From the NCBI GenBank assembly GCA_002245135.1, contig NGBS01000873.1, positions 1-64,000 of the forward strand: 64,000 nucleotides of DNA, read 5' to 3'. This document shows positions 15,190 to 30,465 of the stretch, one piece after another (position 1 is the stretch's first letter; every line of letters starts with the position of its first letter). The notes beneath the pieces are model-generated. The model did no database searches. It was not told where the DNA came from and was given only the letters and a program-made list of their open reading frames with translations. The translations under genes were made by a program, and so were the position numbers. The stretch is from Proteromonas lacertae (Eukaryota).

Positions 15190-16205
15190 TCCTAAAGAAT
15201 CAACTGAATGTAATTCATTCTTATAGTCATCTCTTTTTAAAGCTGAATTAATCATATACACTTGATTCTGCAACTGTTGATTCTCTCTTTTCAATTGGTT
15301 TATTCTATTATCTCTTTCATATATTCCATCTTTCAATATTAAAACTTGTTCTTCCATCTCACGTTTATGAGTTGCTTCCATTGAATTAATTCTACCAATT
15401 TGCCCTCTGATTGCTGTTAATAACTGACTTAATAATAACTTATCATTTTCAATTTTACGTTTTTGTTCATTGTATTTTATTCTTCTTGTCTTCTTCTTAT
15501 TTGCTACAAATACTGTCTCCATTAAGTTCTCTTTCATTGTTTCATCTATTTGATGTGAAACTTTTACATAATCTCTTTGTTTTTCATCTATTGCTTGTTT
15601 TAATAAAGGAATGATTTTCTGTAGACTTCTATCATTGGGATCTCGATTCATTAAGTCATTTTGCTCTAATAATTTATTCAATTTATCAACTGTATCTTTT
15701 AATTCATGATTCTCTTCTTCCAGTTGTTCATTTTTTGAATCTAATTCTTGAAGTCTGTTATTGAGTGTTAATAATTGTTGAGAAAATTTGTCCTTTAATT
15801 CTTCTTCTGCACATTGTTTTACTTTGTCTATTTTTTCATTGATTGGCTGTCTGAAACTGAGAAAATCAGATTGAACCCCTTTGAGCAATATTTCTGATCT
15901 ATTCTGCATTCTAGTATAAAACCCATTAATTGATGCACTCATATTCTATTTATTGTATTATGATATGAAAAAAAAATACAACTTCACCATCAGACTCAAG
16001 TTCACCTTGAAGTGATGATAAATATCCTCTTAAAGACACGTCTACTTCTGTTATTTTTGAGTTGATTGATGATTCAAGTATTGATTCAAGCATTGCAAAC
16101 ACATCGTTTATCTAGACGATTAATAACTGTATAATATACATCTATCTTCTCGTTTTCAGTTTTTTTATCAGCAGCAACTAAAAGTGGATCGTCTATTACA
16201 CTCAT
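14405..16205 (-). CDS. Coiled-coil protein of unknown function (multi-exon, poly-Asn tracts)
   Basis: ATG at 16205; heptad-rich ORF 14995-15942; short GT-AG introns link it to exons ending in TAA at 14405. Confidence 0.6.
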
Positions 16206-16273
16206 TTTCGATTTTATAAATAAAGAAAAACGATTCTTGAAACGGATATATTACAGTAAATGACAAGATTTTA

Positions 16274-19200
16274 ATGGGACAAAATCAGGGTACTTTGATC
16301 AAAAAACAGTATGACAACCATAGAAGAAATGCTCATTTGAAATTAATAAATATAAATAATGAGGATATAGAACAAAACTTACAGATTAGTCGATTGTACA
16401 GTAGAAGAGATGAAGGATATTCCTCATATCTTAATCACAGTACATTTTTAAAAGCAAATATTCAGAGAACTAAGGAGAGGCTGAAGTATTTATTTCTATT
16501 ATCAATCTTAGAAACGGTTCAAAGTCGCCATTTATGCATGCTTTGCTGGAAATCAATATTTTATCTAAAATGTACTTATTATCATCTTCAAATTCATACT
16601 ATTCTATACCATTTGATCATTTCTTCTTCGTATAATCAGTGATATATATATTTATTAGAAAACCAATTTATTAACTCCACCAGTATATTCAGAACTAAAT
16701 GACCATCAACCATCCAACCCAGAATATTTTATTGCAAATAAATTCATTGTATTGTTGTTAAAATCCTTATATTATAGTTTCAAGATTGTACTAATGAACC
16801 TAGTGGATATGATAATATAATGCTAGCGATATCAAATGCAAATGAAACATTTAATACATATTTTCAATTTGTAAATAGAATGAATAGTTCTACATCATAT
16901 CAAGTAATCAATATAAAATATAAAGATATTGAAGAAAGTGATTTTCCAATAGAAATAGATAATGTCTCATTTAGAGATAAAGTAAATCTGTTGGTAGAAT
17001 ATGAAAATTATGATGAAATATATATGTTAAAAGTATTATATTTGTGGTTTTATTTATATAGTTTGTTATTAAAAATCTCACTATTCCATTATCTTTTCAT
17101 TGTATCGTTAATGATAATGAACAGATATTGAATGGATATATTGATGAACAAAAATTGATTTTCAAATTAAAAGAAGCTGTCGTTATAAAGAAATTAAATA
17201 TCACTTTTTATCCTGAAGTGACAAAAGGTAGAGCATATTCGTTTGTAGTAAATAGTATTAGCTTCTTTAAGGAAAATGATGAAATAAGTAACAGATCTAA
17301 GCTAGATAACTTTATTAAGAAAATGATAAAGAATTACAAAGGTGTTGAAGATGAAATGAAATTGATGAAGTTCTTTTTTGAATTAGCAAATAGAAGCAGA
17401 CTGTTTTTGATTTATTTATATACTCTTTCTTACTGTTTAGAAAAACAAAAAACTGTTATATGGGATGATATAAAAGAGAAGTGTATAAAAATGGTGAGAG
17501 AATTAAAATATACTGAAAATAATATCTTCTATAATCAGATAAAATATCCTCAATGTGAAAAAGAAGATGGAATTTCACATTGATAAAGCAAAATGTTCAG
17601 CGTATGATATTATATTGATATATGTTTATAGAGGTGTTAAAATAGTGAATGATTCAAAAATAATTTCCAATAAAACAAGTGTAAAATATAATTATGCAAT
17701 GATTGACAATCCATTAATCGATGATGGAGTTTATAGATTTGATATTCATATTGATCGTTACTCTAAAGATGATAATATATATTTTGGATTATCATCATCC
17801 CAAATATTCTTATGTGATACAATTGAAAACTGTGATAATGTGTATATAATAAATGGTAAAACAGGAAAAACACAACAAAATAGAATAAAAGGTAATGTAG
17901 TAATTGATGGAATAAATGAAAATGATACTATTACTTTGATCTATAATCATAATACTAGATGTATGATGTTTGGAAAGTCAATTGATAAAATCTACACTAT
18001 ATTTAATGCAATACCATCTAATTTATACTATCCAATTCTATTTTTTGATGGTAATTCTGAGGTAAGTATAATTTCGTGTAGTTTTTGTAATGAATCAAGC
18101 AATTTGACGATTAGTAATTATTTGAATGATGTAAATATCATTACTCCAACAAAAGTATTTTTTTGTATATATGATATGTTGCTATAGATAGGAAATAATG
18201 ATTATGTTGTATTTCCAATCAATAAAAAAATATACCAAAGACAGGAAGAAAAGATAATTATAAATACAAAGAATAAAATTCATTATATTCATGGTTATAT
18301 ACACATTTGTTTATTAGATAATGATGAAAGATATGATAGTATTGTTATTAGTTTATTTGCTTCATTTAGATAATACTATAGTGATTGATGTGATAGGCAA
18401 AGGAAGTTCAACTTTAAATATTTGTACAAACATTAAGATATGCAACAAAAATGATGCTTATGAATTTGAAGGAAGTGTTAATGCAAATGCAACGTTATCT
18501 ATAGAAATATGCATTAAATCATCATCAAGTAATAATCGATGTTTTGTGTGTATATATAATGTATCTTTATTGAATGAAAATAATACATATTTAACCACAA
18601 GAATTGATTCAATTGATAAAGTGAATGATACAAAATCATTTGTTGAAGTAGTAACCAAAATATATAGCAATATATCTCATATTCAATATAGGAAATATCA
18701 TTATACAGAAACACTTCCAATATGGTATGATTTAACAAAAGAATCAGTAGTGGTTTATACATCAATATTAAAGACTTGTTTCTCTAACATTAAAGAATAC
18801 AAACAAATAGCCATGAATATTTTAGGTTTATTGGGCAGTAATATCAATCAGTTTATTCTAGATGATCTTAATCCAATCAAATTTAAGTTATGGAAGAATG
18901 TTGATAATGTTATATCAAAGCTATCATCTGTTGAGAATCTTTTGAATTGTTTGAATGATTATATAGATAATCTAATAGGTGATGAAAAGAATGAAGATTT
19001 ATTGAATATGGTTTTCAATACTATTTGCATTGGATTACCTGTATTATACTCAAATAAAAATGAAAGACTGAATATGATAATAGAATTGCATAAAAAGAAT
19101 GAAAAAATGTTCTTTATTCTTTTAAAGTTCTTAAAAGATGAACCTCTTCATATTAAATCTCTTTGTGAAGATTTTTATATCAGTGATTGTAATTGTAATA

Positions 19201-22200
19201 TTATGTTATTCGAAAAATTATTATATTTAGCTTCAGATTTGTATGTAAGTTTCATGAAGAAAAATAATGAAACTAAAGATGAAGTTGATAATTACATTAC
19301 AATTGCTTCATTTTTAGTTGAATATCAGACACATTTTCTATCCTATTGTTATACAAACAGTGATAATGGAAATGATGTATAATCAATATTGTAGTTATAT
19401 TTCATAGTTTTTGATTAGTTATATAGATTTCCTATCATCATTTCTCTCAACATTCTTTACTAAAATTAATAATGAGAATTTGTTTCATAGTCTTAAAAAG
19501 AATATTCAATATTCCCCCGTTGGAAATTATTTAGTAAGTTTCACTGAATTCTTTGAACATAAAAGTACATCTAACAAAATTAAACCAGAAGTTATTGAAA
19601 AAATAAGTTATATTGTTAATCAATTTCAATTGTATTTCAGCAGAAATGATGATGAAGTATATATTATGTGATTTATATATTTTAAAATATAAATAGTATG
19701 ATACATATGATAAAATAGTTGGCAATGAAATTGAGAATGAATTTAGAAATAAATCATTTGAACAAGATCCAGAGAATATCTATCTTTCAATAGAAAATGG
19801 CAATGTTGATAATGTGAATGCTAATGTATGATTTTTTTGATATGATATTAATATAGATGGGATATTATTTTACACCTAAAGAAGAGTTGATAATATATTC
19901 ATTAGGAAGAGCCGCGTCTTTGGTTGATAATAAAAGAAAGATTATATCATCTCATGTTGTTAGAATTACGCAGAATAATCATATATTATCTACTTGTGTT
20001 ATTGATAAAAACTCTAAAATAGACTCACTTGGATATGCATATGAAAATTTGCCATTTCCAATTATATTATATCCAAAAACAGTGTATTGTATATATTCTA
20101 GTGAATCAAATAATAGTGGTGATTCATTCAAATTATCCCCTAATCCTGATAATCTCCATTATAGAAATACCTTAATTGAGTTTATTACTACAATTAAGCC
20201 ACTTACAAATATAGAAGGTTTTAATAAATTGATGTATAATTATGGTTTAGCAACGATATTTGTTAAAAAGAAAATTGATAACGCTTTATCAATTCTTCCT
20301 CCAATATTATACCCTGATCTATCAAGTAAAGAAAAAGAGAATTATGTTTTAAATATACAACCTAGTGGAAATAATAATCTAAGAATTGTTAACACATCAA
20401 TATTGCATGATGTTTCAGTTGAGTATATGATAAGAATAGAATCATATCAATCAAACGAAAAGCTATTGATAGGGATTAATAAAAATCCAATTAGTAATAT
20501 TCAATCAGTTGATAAATGTCTTTTTTATGTTACAAGTAATGGAGAACTTTTCTATGAAGGAAGTATTCATCATACTAAATCATTTACCAAAGAATTACTA
20601 AAACCCATTCACATTAGGATCAATAGCAAAACAAATGATATAACAATATATAATGATGAAAAAATCCTCTTTCAATCAAGTGACTATTATAGTCTTATAT
20701 ACCCTGAAAATGATGGTGGAATTTCTGTAGTTATAGGGATTTATGGAAATGTTCCTATTTCATTATATTGTAATAGTATAATCAATATATTTGATTTAAT
20801 TTATTTCTTAGAAGTATCTATATTAAGAAATGTTCCACTTTATTATGACATTCAAAGATCATTAGCAAGATGTTGTGGCATTATTTGTAAGAAGAATATT
20901 GAAGGTAGATTAAAAGAAAATCAAATAGTTAATGAAATAATTGGGAATTGGTTGTTAGATCCAATACTTGTTAGAGGACAAGACAATGAAGATAAAACGA
21001 GAGTATATCCTTTTCTTTCTCATATATTTGAATATAGCTAAGAATTCAACAAAATGTGAAAGTTGTTAATGATGTTAAAGAGTTTATAGAGAAGTTGAGG
21101 AATAATACAGATCCAGATGCAGACATGCTGTATAAATGGTTATGTAGACCGCAATATATTAGTCAAATTGTAAGAAGAGCAGAAGTAGATATGGAAAAGT
21201 TGTTGTGTATATATTTAATCATTATTTGTATGTTTTGAATAGTATCTTTAGTTGTTAAACATTGTAATTGTGTTTCATTGTTCAAAACTCTTATTAATAT
21301 GTTAAAAGAAAAAAAAGATCCTCTTAATTGTTTAGAAGATATCGAACAATATGAAATTCAGCAAATATGCAGTGTAATTAACAGCTTTAGAAGATTTTTT
21401 TCAGATAAACTTGATCAAATAAAACAAGAAACAGAGGATGATGATGATATTGAGAAATTATCAAATGAATTAAGAAAATTTGTATTAAATAATATATATA
21501 TATAAATATAATTAAATAGACAAAACAAAAATTAGATTTTCTTTATAGTTTTGAAGGTTATTTTACTCCATATTTATATCCAGAACATGAATTTAATGTG
21601 GATTTTTTACCTAATAAAGTAGAATTTCCAAAGAATTTAGAATCAAATAGTATAATAGTTATTATGGTTATATAAATATAGATTTATCATCAAGTGTCGA
21701 TTTTAGTAATGATATTTGTTTTGATTATCAACAAAAGAAAAGTGAATGTATTTATTTTTTAAAATATATATTTGTAGTAAAGAAAGAAATACAGAGTCAA
21801 ATTGCACAAATAGATGAATCAATCATGAGATTTTTAAAAGAAGTGGATCATAAATTATTTGATGATATTAAGGAAAGAATTGAAAAGAGAATAGATACTT
21901 GTCTATCAAGAATTGATGGATTAAAAGGTTTGACAAAAGCTATCTCCACTATAAAATCGTCAATTTGTCTAAGTGATTTATTAAACCCAATTAGAGAGAG
22001 TATGTTGATAAATTCAATAGGAATAGAAGGAATTCTATATGATAAATGTCATTACATGTCAAATGTAACTGGAATACCAGCAGTTTATAAAATTGCTTTA
22101 TATAATGAATACTGGAATTTGTATATATATTTGGTTATTATATATAGCTTTGAATCTGCGGTTATATTATTGAGTAAGTGGTATTCAAAATCCGTTATTC

Positions 22201-25200
22201 TCTCTTTTACTTTATTAAAGACTTTAACTATTGATTATCAAGAATATGATTTACGTAACTTAATCAAATCTCAATTACCTCAAATTGTTCATCACATATG
22301 TTCTATTTCTAACAGAATATATCATTTCATACAATCAGATGATCAAAGTCAATATATTGGTGATTATTTGAGCAATTGGGAAATACAGAATATTCCTTCT
22401 TTATCAAAAGTTCTTAAACTTGTAAACCATGGCGATTTGACAATCATGGAAATGAGAGGGCTTTTAAAGAATCAAACCTGTTTAAGCTCATATATAAATG
22501 AAGTTAAAGACACATTTAATGATGATTCTCATTTCATAATACATTATAATGAATGTTTAAAAAGAATAATGAATAATTACAAAAGTAAAAATACATATGA
22601 AGTTAATACAAATCTAGGAGATAATATTACATGTCATGGATATAGTTATTTAGCAAAATATTGCCAAAAGCTGCAAATGTTTATGTTGTTACAGTATTTT
22701 GGAGGAAGAAGTAACCTTATGAATAGAAATCCAGAGTTTTTAAATCAAGATGAAAAATCTATTTCTGGAAAAGATATGGCAAAATGGAAAGTATATTAGT
22801 ATATAATATAATGAATAGAATTTTATCTCAAGTTGCCTGAATGATGATTTTACAACATATGAAAAGTATAACAACATAAACAAAATAGAAATTGAATCTG
22901 TACTAAATGAGTATCTACTGCTTTTGTATGAATTGTTTTTTAATATTTTATTATTATAGTAAATCGAATTGTAGTCCAAAGCATCAACTACTCATTCTCA
23001 ATAATCACTTCAATTTTCTTATTCATTGTTTAATGTTTGGATCTCCACCTCTTCAATTATCTGTCATCCAGTTTCTATCTTGTTCATTCCCAGAAGTATC
23101 ATTTCCATATCTCATATTGAATAGATGAATTGTGATAAAAAACTAAATCAACTATTAACACCAATTGTAAGTATGATAGGAAAGACATTTAGTATTAATA
23201 AAAGCTACAATCCTGATGATATTTCAATTAGTGGAATAGGATATAGTTCAAAAATTGTCGCTTGTGAAATTGTATCATTCCTCAGAAAATTATATCAAAG
23301 TGGTGAACACTGGAAGAGAATTGTCACAAATTTCTTTATTTCAGTAATTGAAGATGCAGCAGATAGTATGAGTCTTTTTATAGGAACTGACAACAGTGAT
23401 CAAAGGAATTTACCTCAAGCGATAGGCACATTTGATGTATTAGGTAGTCATATTGAGACATTAAGAGTTGGAGGTAATGCAATTTATAAACCTACAAATC
23501 AAAAAGGCTTGATAGTATCCTATAATCCAGAAATGAATGATATTGGGATGTTATTTTCAGATAATTACTCTGAGGAAGTAAGGCATTATTCAGCTGATAG
23601 TGTGATTGTGTGTGATGTATATCCTGCTCCATATGCTAAAGAAGTTATTGATGATGATGAAGTAAGAGATGTATACATATATTATATATATATTAAATCA
23701 TAATTATTATATAATATATAGAGTGTTAAAGATATACTTTTAACAAAAGAATATGAATTGAATGTATCTCCAGAAAGGTTATACATTATTTCTAGTCTTA
23801 AATATAAAATCCTACAATTCTTTTCTGTACAAATAAAAGATCCATATGTAGCAAAGAAACTAGCAGGTAATTCGCTTATGGTAAAAGCATTTTGCATAGC
23901 ACTAGGAAAAGATGTGAATGTATTACTCAATGAACCAGTTCCTGAATCACTATTTCCTATTATTCCTATATATAAGATTGAAAGTTATGTAAATGATGCT
24001 CAATGTAGTATATATGAATTAGCAAATGTTAAAGCAAATTATTCTAAAGAATCTGCAACATATAAATATGATGAAGATGTAACTGAAGCTTCAAATACTA
24101 TTCGAAGATCTTTTCCTGGATTTAGTCTTACAGAATGCGCTGAATCATATATGAATCATTATGAGAAAAGAAAAACTGCTAATGAATTAATGGGAATAAA
24201 TATGAATATAGAAGTGAAACAACCACTAGGCATGTCTGTTATTACTAATTCAGATAAAGCCACACAACAATCTCATAGGTCGTTAATATATGAAATTGTA
24301 AAGAAAACAAAGAAGCAGCCATATTTTGTAAGAAATGTACTTGAATCGACTAATTGGAATAAAGAACAAGCATTGGCATTTATTAATAATTATAATGAAA
24401 AAATTGAAGAAAAACTTAGTCTTGTTTCAGATGATCCACATTACAAATATAGTGATGGAAGTAGGTGGATAAATTATATATTAGATTCTCCTTTCATACA
24501 AAAGGAAAAAGATATATCTGTTGAAATAATAAATGCATTGTATGTGGTTTTGCCAAATAATGGAGTTAAGAAAGGTACATTTGTTTTGAATAGATCTTCA
24601 AATATGATCGGAGTAGTAATGAAAGATACAAGTTATAATCAACCAGTATTAGTAATGTATTATAATCCATTCACTGGATTTGAATGGAGTGAAATATGTC
24701 CTTATAATACATTAGAATATAATCCAACACTAAATAATAAAAATATATTAATTTCAAGAAGTATTGGTTTTATCACCCAACTACAAAAATATGCAGCATT
24801 ACACCTACTTACAAATGTTATGAAAGATTCTAAATATTATAATTCATTAAAGAGAAAGTTTAAGAATTTATCAAAAACAATATATGATGCATTTTCTTTA
24901 GTGAAAGTCAGATCATTAACTGATAAGATGAAATGTATGGATATTAGATATTTTAAATTTCTGCATGAGTTAATGAGATGTAGTAATAATTCTGAGGATA
25001 ATAATGACAAGAAATTATATGATGTATTTATCGAACAAGCTATAAGACATATTAAATCAGGCTATTTTCTTGAAAATAATGCTGATATGAATAGAGAAAC
25101 AATTCATCCGTATAAACCTAATTATGAATATCAAGAAAAAGTATATTTCATTATATTTCTTTATATTATTGTTAGTTATTCATTGAAGGTGCAAGTTCAA

Positions 25201-27796
25201 TCTGTATAACATTTGATAATCGATGTAATATTAATGTTGGAGATTCATTGACATTCTATTCTGATGCTGGTTATAGTAATCAGATTAACAGTTATACATC
25301 TGGTTCGTTATATCCTCCACTAATAATCAATTCAAATATAGTGTATGTGAAATTTAAATCAGATAGAGGAAATAAAAGTTGGGGATATCATTTTGAATTG
25401 TCTGAGTTAAAGCCAAATTGTGAATGGCTGTATGAAAATGATGTTTTAGATGAAAAGAAAACTAATAGAGAATGGGCATTATGGATTTGTGAAGTGTTAT
25501 TGAATTGTGAAGATAGTTCAATTAGTAAACTAAACAGAATTAATAATGATCTTATTACAGCAACAATATTAGGATTACAGTATTCTCCATCAGTTGAATT
25601 ATTGAAAATACTTATATTAACATTATCTACTCCAAATTTTGTGAAGACATTGCCTGAACAAGTTAAAATTATGTTGAATACACTTCATAATCTATACAGT
25701 ATGACGAATTATAAAGGAAATAAAAGTATACATATATACAACTATATTTTTATAGACTATCAGTATTTGGTTGAAATTGATTATCATTATAGATATGTAA
25801 TAAAACAGATTCCTCAAATAAGAACTGACAAACCTCAAGAAAAGGATTTTAGCTTTAAAACATCTTCATATCAAATAGAAGGAAGGAATAATGATATAGA
25901 GAAATGTATTGAAATATTCACAATGCTTTACCAAGGATTGAATGGTTCATATATACCAGATGAAATATTCTGTTCTGCATGGTTATATCATAAGAATACT
26001 ATTAGAATAATTGAAACAAAACACCCTTTAGACAATACAACATTCAAAGATAGGATAGAAATAAATGGTGCAAATCGATTTGTGTTTTATTTTCAATATA
26101 ATTGCCAATTACCAAATGGATGGAAGTTTGTAATAAGAGCTAATGGAAGTAATTATGAATATGATAATTCAAAATTCCCAAAGAATGAAATTACAGTAAA
26201 TTGCAATAATATGAAATTGTTAAATCTGGTAATATTACTAACTGTTATGGTATTAAAATTACAGTTCATTGTTATGGTTCATTTAGTGGTGATATAATTA
26301 CTAATAATAAATCCAAAGTTTTATCTGATTTAGAATCAATGAAAAGGTGGGATAAAACGGCTGATTGTGAAATAGTAAAATATATTAACCACAAAGTATC
26401 AAATGGATTAACAATTCACTATTCACCAGAAAAGAACTCATCATTATCATATCCTGTTATTAATGATTTACCAAATGATTTGGTAGATTTTCGAATGTAT
26501 TTTATAAACACTATAAATCAATATTGGTCGAATTTCATAACATTTATTAACCTTCATTTAGATTATCCAAGATGTTTGTCAAAAATAGGAAGGAATTCTA
26601 GTTATTTAATAAATCAATATCAAAAGAAAGCTTATATGGCAGAAATATTAAATAAAACTGCCAAAGCTGGTAAGTCAATTAGTATTTCAATTGATATGGT
26701 ATTAGCTTTAACTGAAATTTCAACAAAATTCAAAAACCCTTTTTCATCCCATGCTGTTATAATACAATTCTATAATAAAATGAAAAGTGAAAATCCAGAC
26801 ATTTTTAAATGTAAATACAAGAATACTGTAAAATTTTTAAATGTTTCTTATGTTGGAGAAAGAGGAATTGATGCTGGTGGTTTATTTAGAGATTGTTTAA
26901 CACAATCAGTGAGTAGTATATTTAATCCAAATGTAGGAATTGTATTGCCAATAACTAATGGAGTGGAATTTGTACCTAATCCACAATGGAAAGATCCTCA
27001 AACATTAGATTTATATAGATTCATTGGTAGATTAATGGGATTTTCATTAAGAACTGATTTTTCATTGTTGTTTCAATGGGCTCCAATTGTTTGGAAAGGA
27101 ATACTTCATTTGCCATATATTAACGAAGATTTGCAGTATATTGATCCAAATGCATATACTAATATCAATAATATACTTAATACACCTGATGATGGTTTTG
27201 AATATGTATATGAAGATGAAATGTGTGTAATTAATAACTTCAATGGTGAAGTTATTCCTGTTATAGATGGAGGTGTATATACCCCATTGACTCTTGATAA
27301 TCGAAAAGAAGTGTGTGAAAAAATGTGGACAATAAGATTGCATGAGTTTGATGTTCAAATAGATGCTATTAGGAGTGGATTATTAGATGTAATACCTGAA
27401 GAAGCATTGTATTTCATTGATGGAAATGAATTGAAATTCTGTGTCAGTGGCAATGATGAAATAAATGTAGAAGTATTGAAGAAACATACAATCTATTCTG
27501 GATGGAAAGAATCAGATGTTGAAATTCAATGGTTTTGGCAAGTATTTGAAGGATTAACTGATGAACAACGAAGTAAATGGATATATTTCGTGTGGGGAAG
27601 ATCAAGATTACCATCAACTGATCCTTGGGGAGTAAATTATACAATGAACAAAAGTAATAAAAGTCATACTCAACTTCCAAATTCTCATACCTGCTTTTTC
27701 TCTGTTGATTATCCTCGTTATACCTCATTACAAGAGACTGAAAGTAGAATTACTGCAACGATAATGTATGGTGCAGCTGCTATGGAAAACGGATAA
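16274..27796 (+). CDS. Giant HECT E3 ubiquitin ligase (HERC-like, with SPRY, UBA-like and CUB-like regions)
   Basis: Continuous chain of + ORFs linked by ~30-nt introns. C-terminal HECT motifs VSYVGERGIDAGGLFRD, WFWQVF, FVWGRSRLP and LPNSHTCFF (catalytic Cys). SPRY-like region 17690-18070; KFKSDRGNKSWGYHF CUB-like motif. Confidence 0.85.
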
Positions 27797-27948
27797 CTAA
27801 CACTTTCATTAAATTCAATGATTGTTTCTATTATATAATTATGTTTTGTTTAGGCTAAAATCTTATTAATTATAATAATCAAAAAAAAATATTCGTTTCA
27901 GATTAGTCTAGAATTTAATATTTGAAAATCTTTGATTAATCAGAAGAA

Positions 27949-30278
27949 ATGAGTGATACAATTAAAGTTAAACTTCAAATGTTGTTAATACCAATTGATG
28001 ACAGGAAGATTTGTGCATGTGGTTCTCATCCTGCGCTATGTAACTGGAATGCTGATAATGCTCCAGAATTAACACCTCTCACACCTTGTCTTTATCAGGT
28101 ATATTTATATCAATGATGATTATTAGTTTGTGTTTGAAGCTAATCGGAATGATCGAATAGAGTTCAAGTATGTTTACAAGCATTCTTCAGGTCAAATTGA
28201 ATGGGAAACTGGTGATAATAGAATAATTGATGTCGCTCAAATTAGTTCAACAAAACAACGAAATGAAATAGTTCATCGTGATAACATGGTAGAAAATGAT
28301 GGTTCACAAGCAGTAACATATGATCCATGGTTATTATGTTGTAAGGAAGGATTGAAAGAAAGATGGGCAAAATACCAAGAATTACAGTCCAAGATAGGAA
28401 GTAGCAATAATGAAGGTATAAATGGCTTGTCAAATGCAATGAATTTCTTCGGTTTCCACGAAATTGAGAATGGATTAGTTTATCGAGAGTGGTTACCTAA
28501 TGTTAGCAAAGCTAGTTTGATAGGAGATTTCAATGGAAATGATGCTAACAATTGTGTTGGTGTTTGTACTGATAATGATATATATGAATTTAGAATTCCA
28601 AATAATGAAGATGGTAGTAATAATTTGATCAATAATCCTTCTCATCTATTGATTAGTATTGAGAGTAGTGAAAATAATTATAATAAATGTCCAATAATGC
28701 CGTGTTATTTCATTGAGAATGATATTAGATATGGATATTATGAAAAATCCAATTATACAATGAGTAATGATGAAACAACAACATCAGATCAAGAAGAATC
28801 TAACAATAGAAGTAGAAGGATCTATAAGATGAATATTGGTGAAATATCTATTAATGATAATGAGAAGAAGTATATATATAATTGTATTATTTATATTAGC
28901 TTCAATTATACTAAAGATGTTGTTTTACCACATATTATTGATATGAAATACAATACTGTTGAATTATCAAAGCTGTTTGATTGTAATAGTCAAAATATGA
29001 TTGGATTTAATCATAATTATGGAACTATTGATGAATTAAAAGGATTGATTAATGCTTGTCATAATAATAATATCAAAGTGATTGTTGATGTAAATCATTA
29101 CACAGTAGAAAAGGATCAAATATTGCCATCATCATATTTCAATCATTCTGATGATAAATATAATTATTATGATTATTCAAAGATAGAAGTAATTAAAATG
29201 TTATTAAGTCAATTGAGATACTTAATGAATGATTATTGTGTTGATGGATTTGTGTTTGATAATGTTACTGGAATTATGTATATATTATATTTTATTTCTT
29301 TATATATATAGTCATCGTAATATTGATACTTCAAAGTTATTTTATGCAGGTAAAAATATACCAGAATCAGTAAACGTTCATTTAGATGGAGTAATATATT
29401 TAATGACTGTCAACTCTCATCTTACTACTTTAAAAAAGACAATTATCACTATAGCTGATGAAAGAACAGGTTATCCAACTATCTGTAGAAATGTTGAGAA
29501 TAATGGAATTGGATTTAAATATAGATATTGTAATAAGAGTTATGGTATATTTATTCATTTGTATTATATAATAGATGTATGGAGAAAGTTCATTAATTTA
29601 CCAACTAATAAATGGAAGATCACTTATTTAGCCAACTGTATAAGTGTTAGAAGATTTGGTGAATATCAAATCACTTATTTGAATAATGATGAAGTTAATA
29701 ACAATCTTGTTAATGGATTTGCTAAGAATTCATTGGATGAAAATATTACACAAGATCAAATTAAGTTATATAATATTGTTCAGATGTGTAATATGTGTAT
29801 AGGTGGTGAAGGATATATGACTTACCAAGGTAGTGAATATGGAAATCCTGGTAAAACAAACAGTGGAATTAATTGGGATATATTGAAGAATAATGATAGA
29901 TATTTCCACTGTTTAGCTGATATGGCTAAGGCTATTAATGATTTAGATGATTCTAATGGATTTATTGGTGGAAAAGGAGGAAAGTTGCTTTACATTAGTG
30001 ATAATGATGGAATAATGATATTTGAAAGAGATTGTTATTTACTCGTTGTAAATTTATCAAGTGAAAAGAATTTAGATAATTATGCTGTTGGTGTATTAAA
30101 GGAAGGCAAATATCAATATGTATTATCTAGTGATGATAATCGATTTGGTGGAAATGGAAGAGTTAATGAGTTTACTGTTGATACTCAAAATCAAGAAACT
30201 CATAAAAGACCACATACTATTAATATTCCATTGGTACCTTGTTTATCAGCAATGATTTTGAAATATGAAAAGAATTAA
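27949..30278 (+). CDS. CBM20 plus GH13 1,4-alpha-glucan branching enzyme-like protein (degenerate active site)
   Basis: N-terminal CGSHPALCNW...IEFKYV...WETGDNR (CBM20); YREWLPNVSKASLIGDFN (CBM48); YGTIDELKGLI; DGFVFDNVT; GGEGYMTYQGSEYGNP; LSSDDNRFGG. Confidence 0.85.
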
Positions 30279-30465
30279 AGACTAATTTACAATTTCTTGT
30301 TTGAAATTATATACACTAATTCTGTATCTTAGTATGTGTATGAATGGGCTGATTATTATCCGTTTATTTACTATATTGTCTAATTTTATTTTGCTTGCTT
30401 TTATATTACTCTTAAATAAATAAATAAGTCAAAATTTCAAATAATATTAATAATTAATAAGTTAT

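Noticed and set aside
16274..27796. Alternative genetic code or pseudogenisation as the cause of fragmented ORFs
   Set aside because: Breaks coincide with ~30-nt GT...AG AT-rich introns, and TAA, TAG and TGA behave as normal stops.
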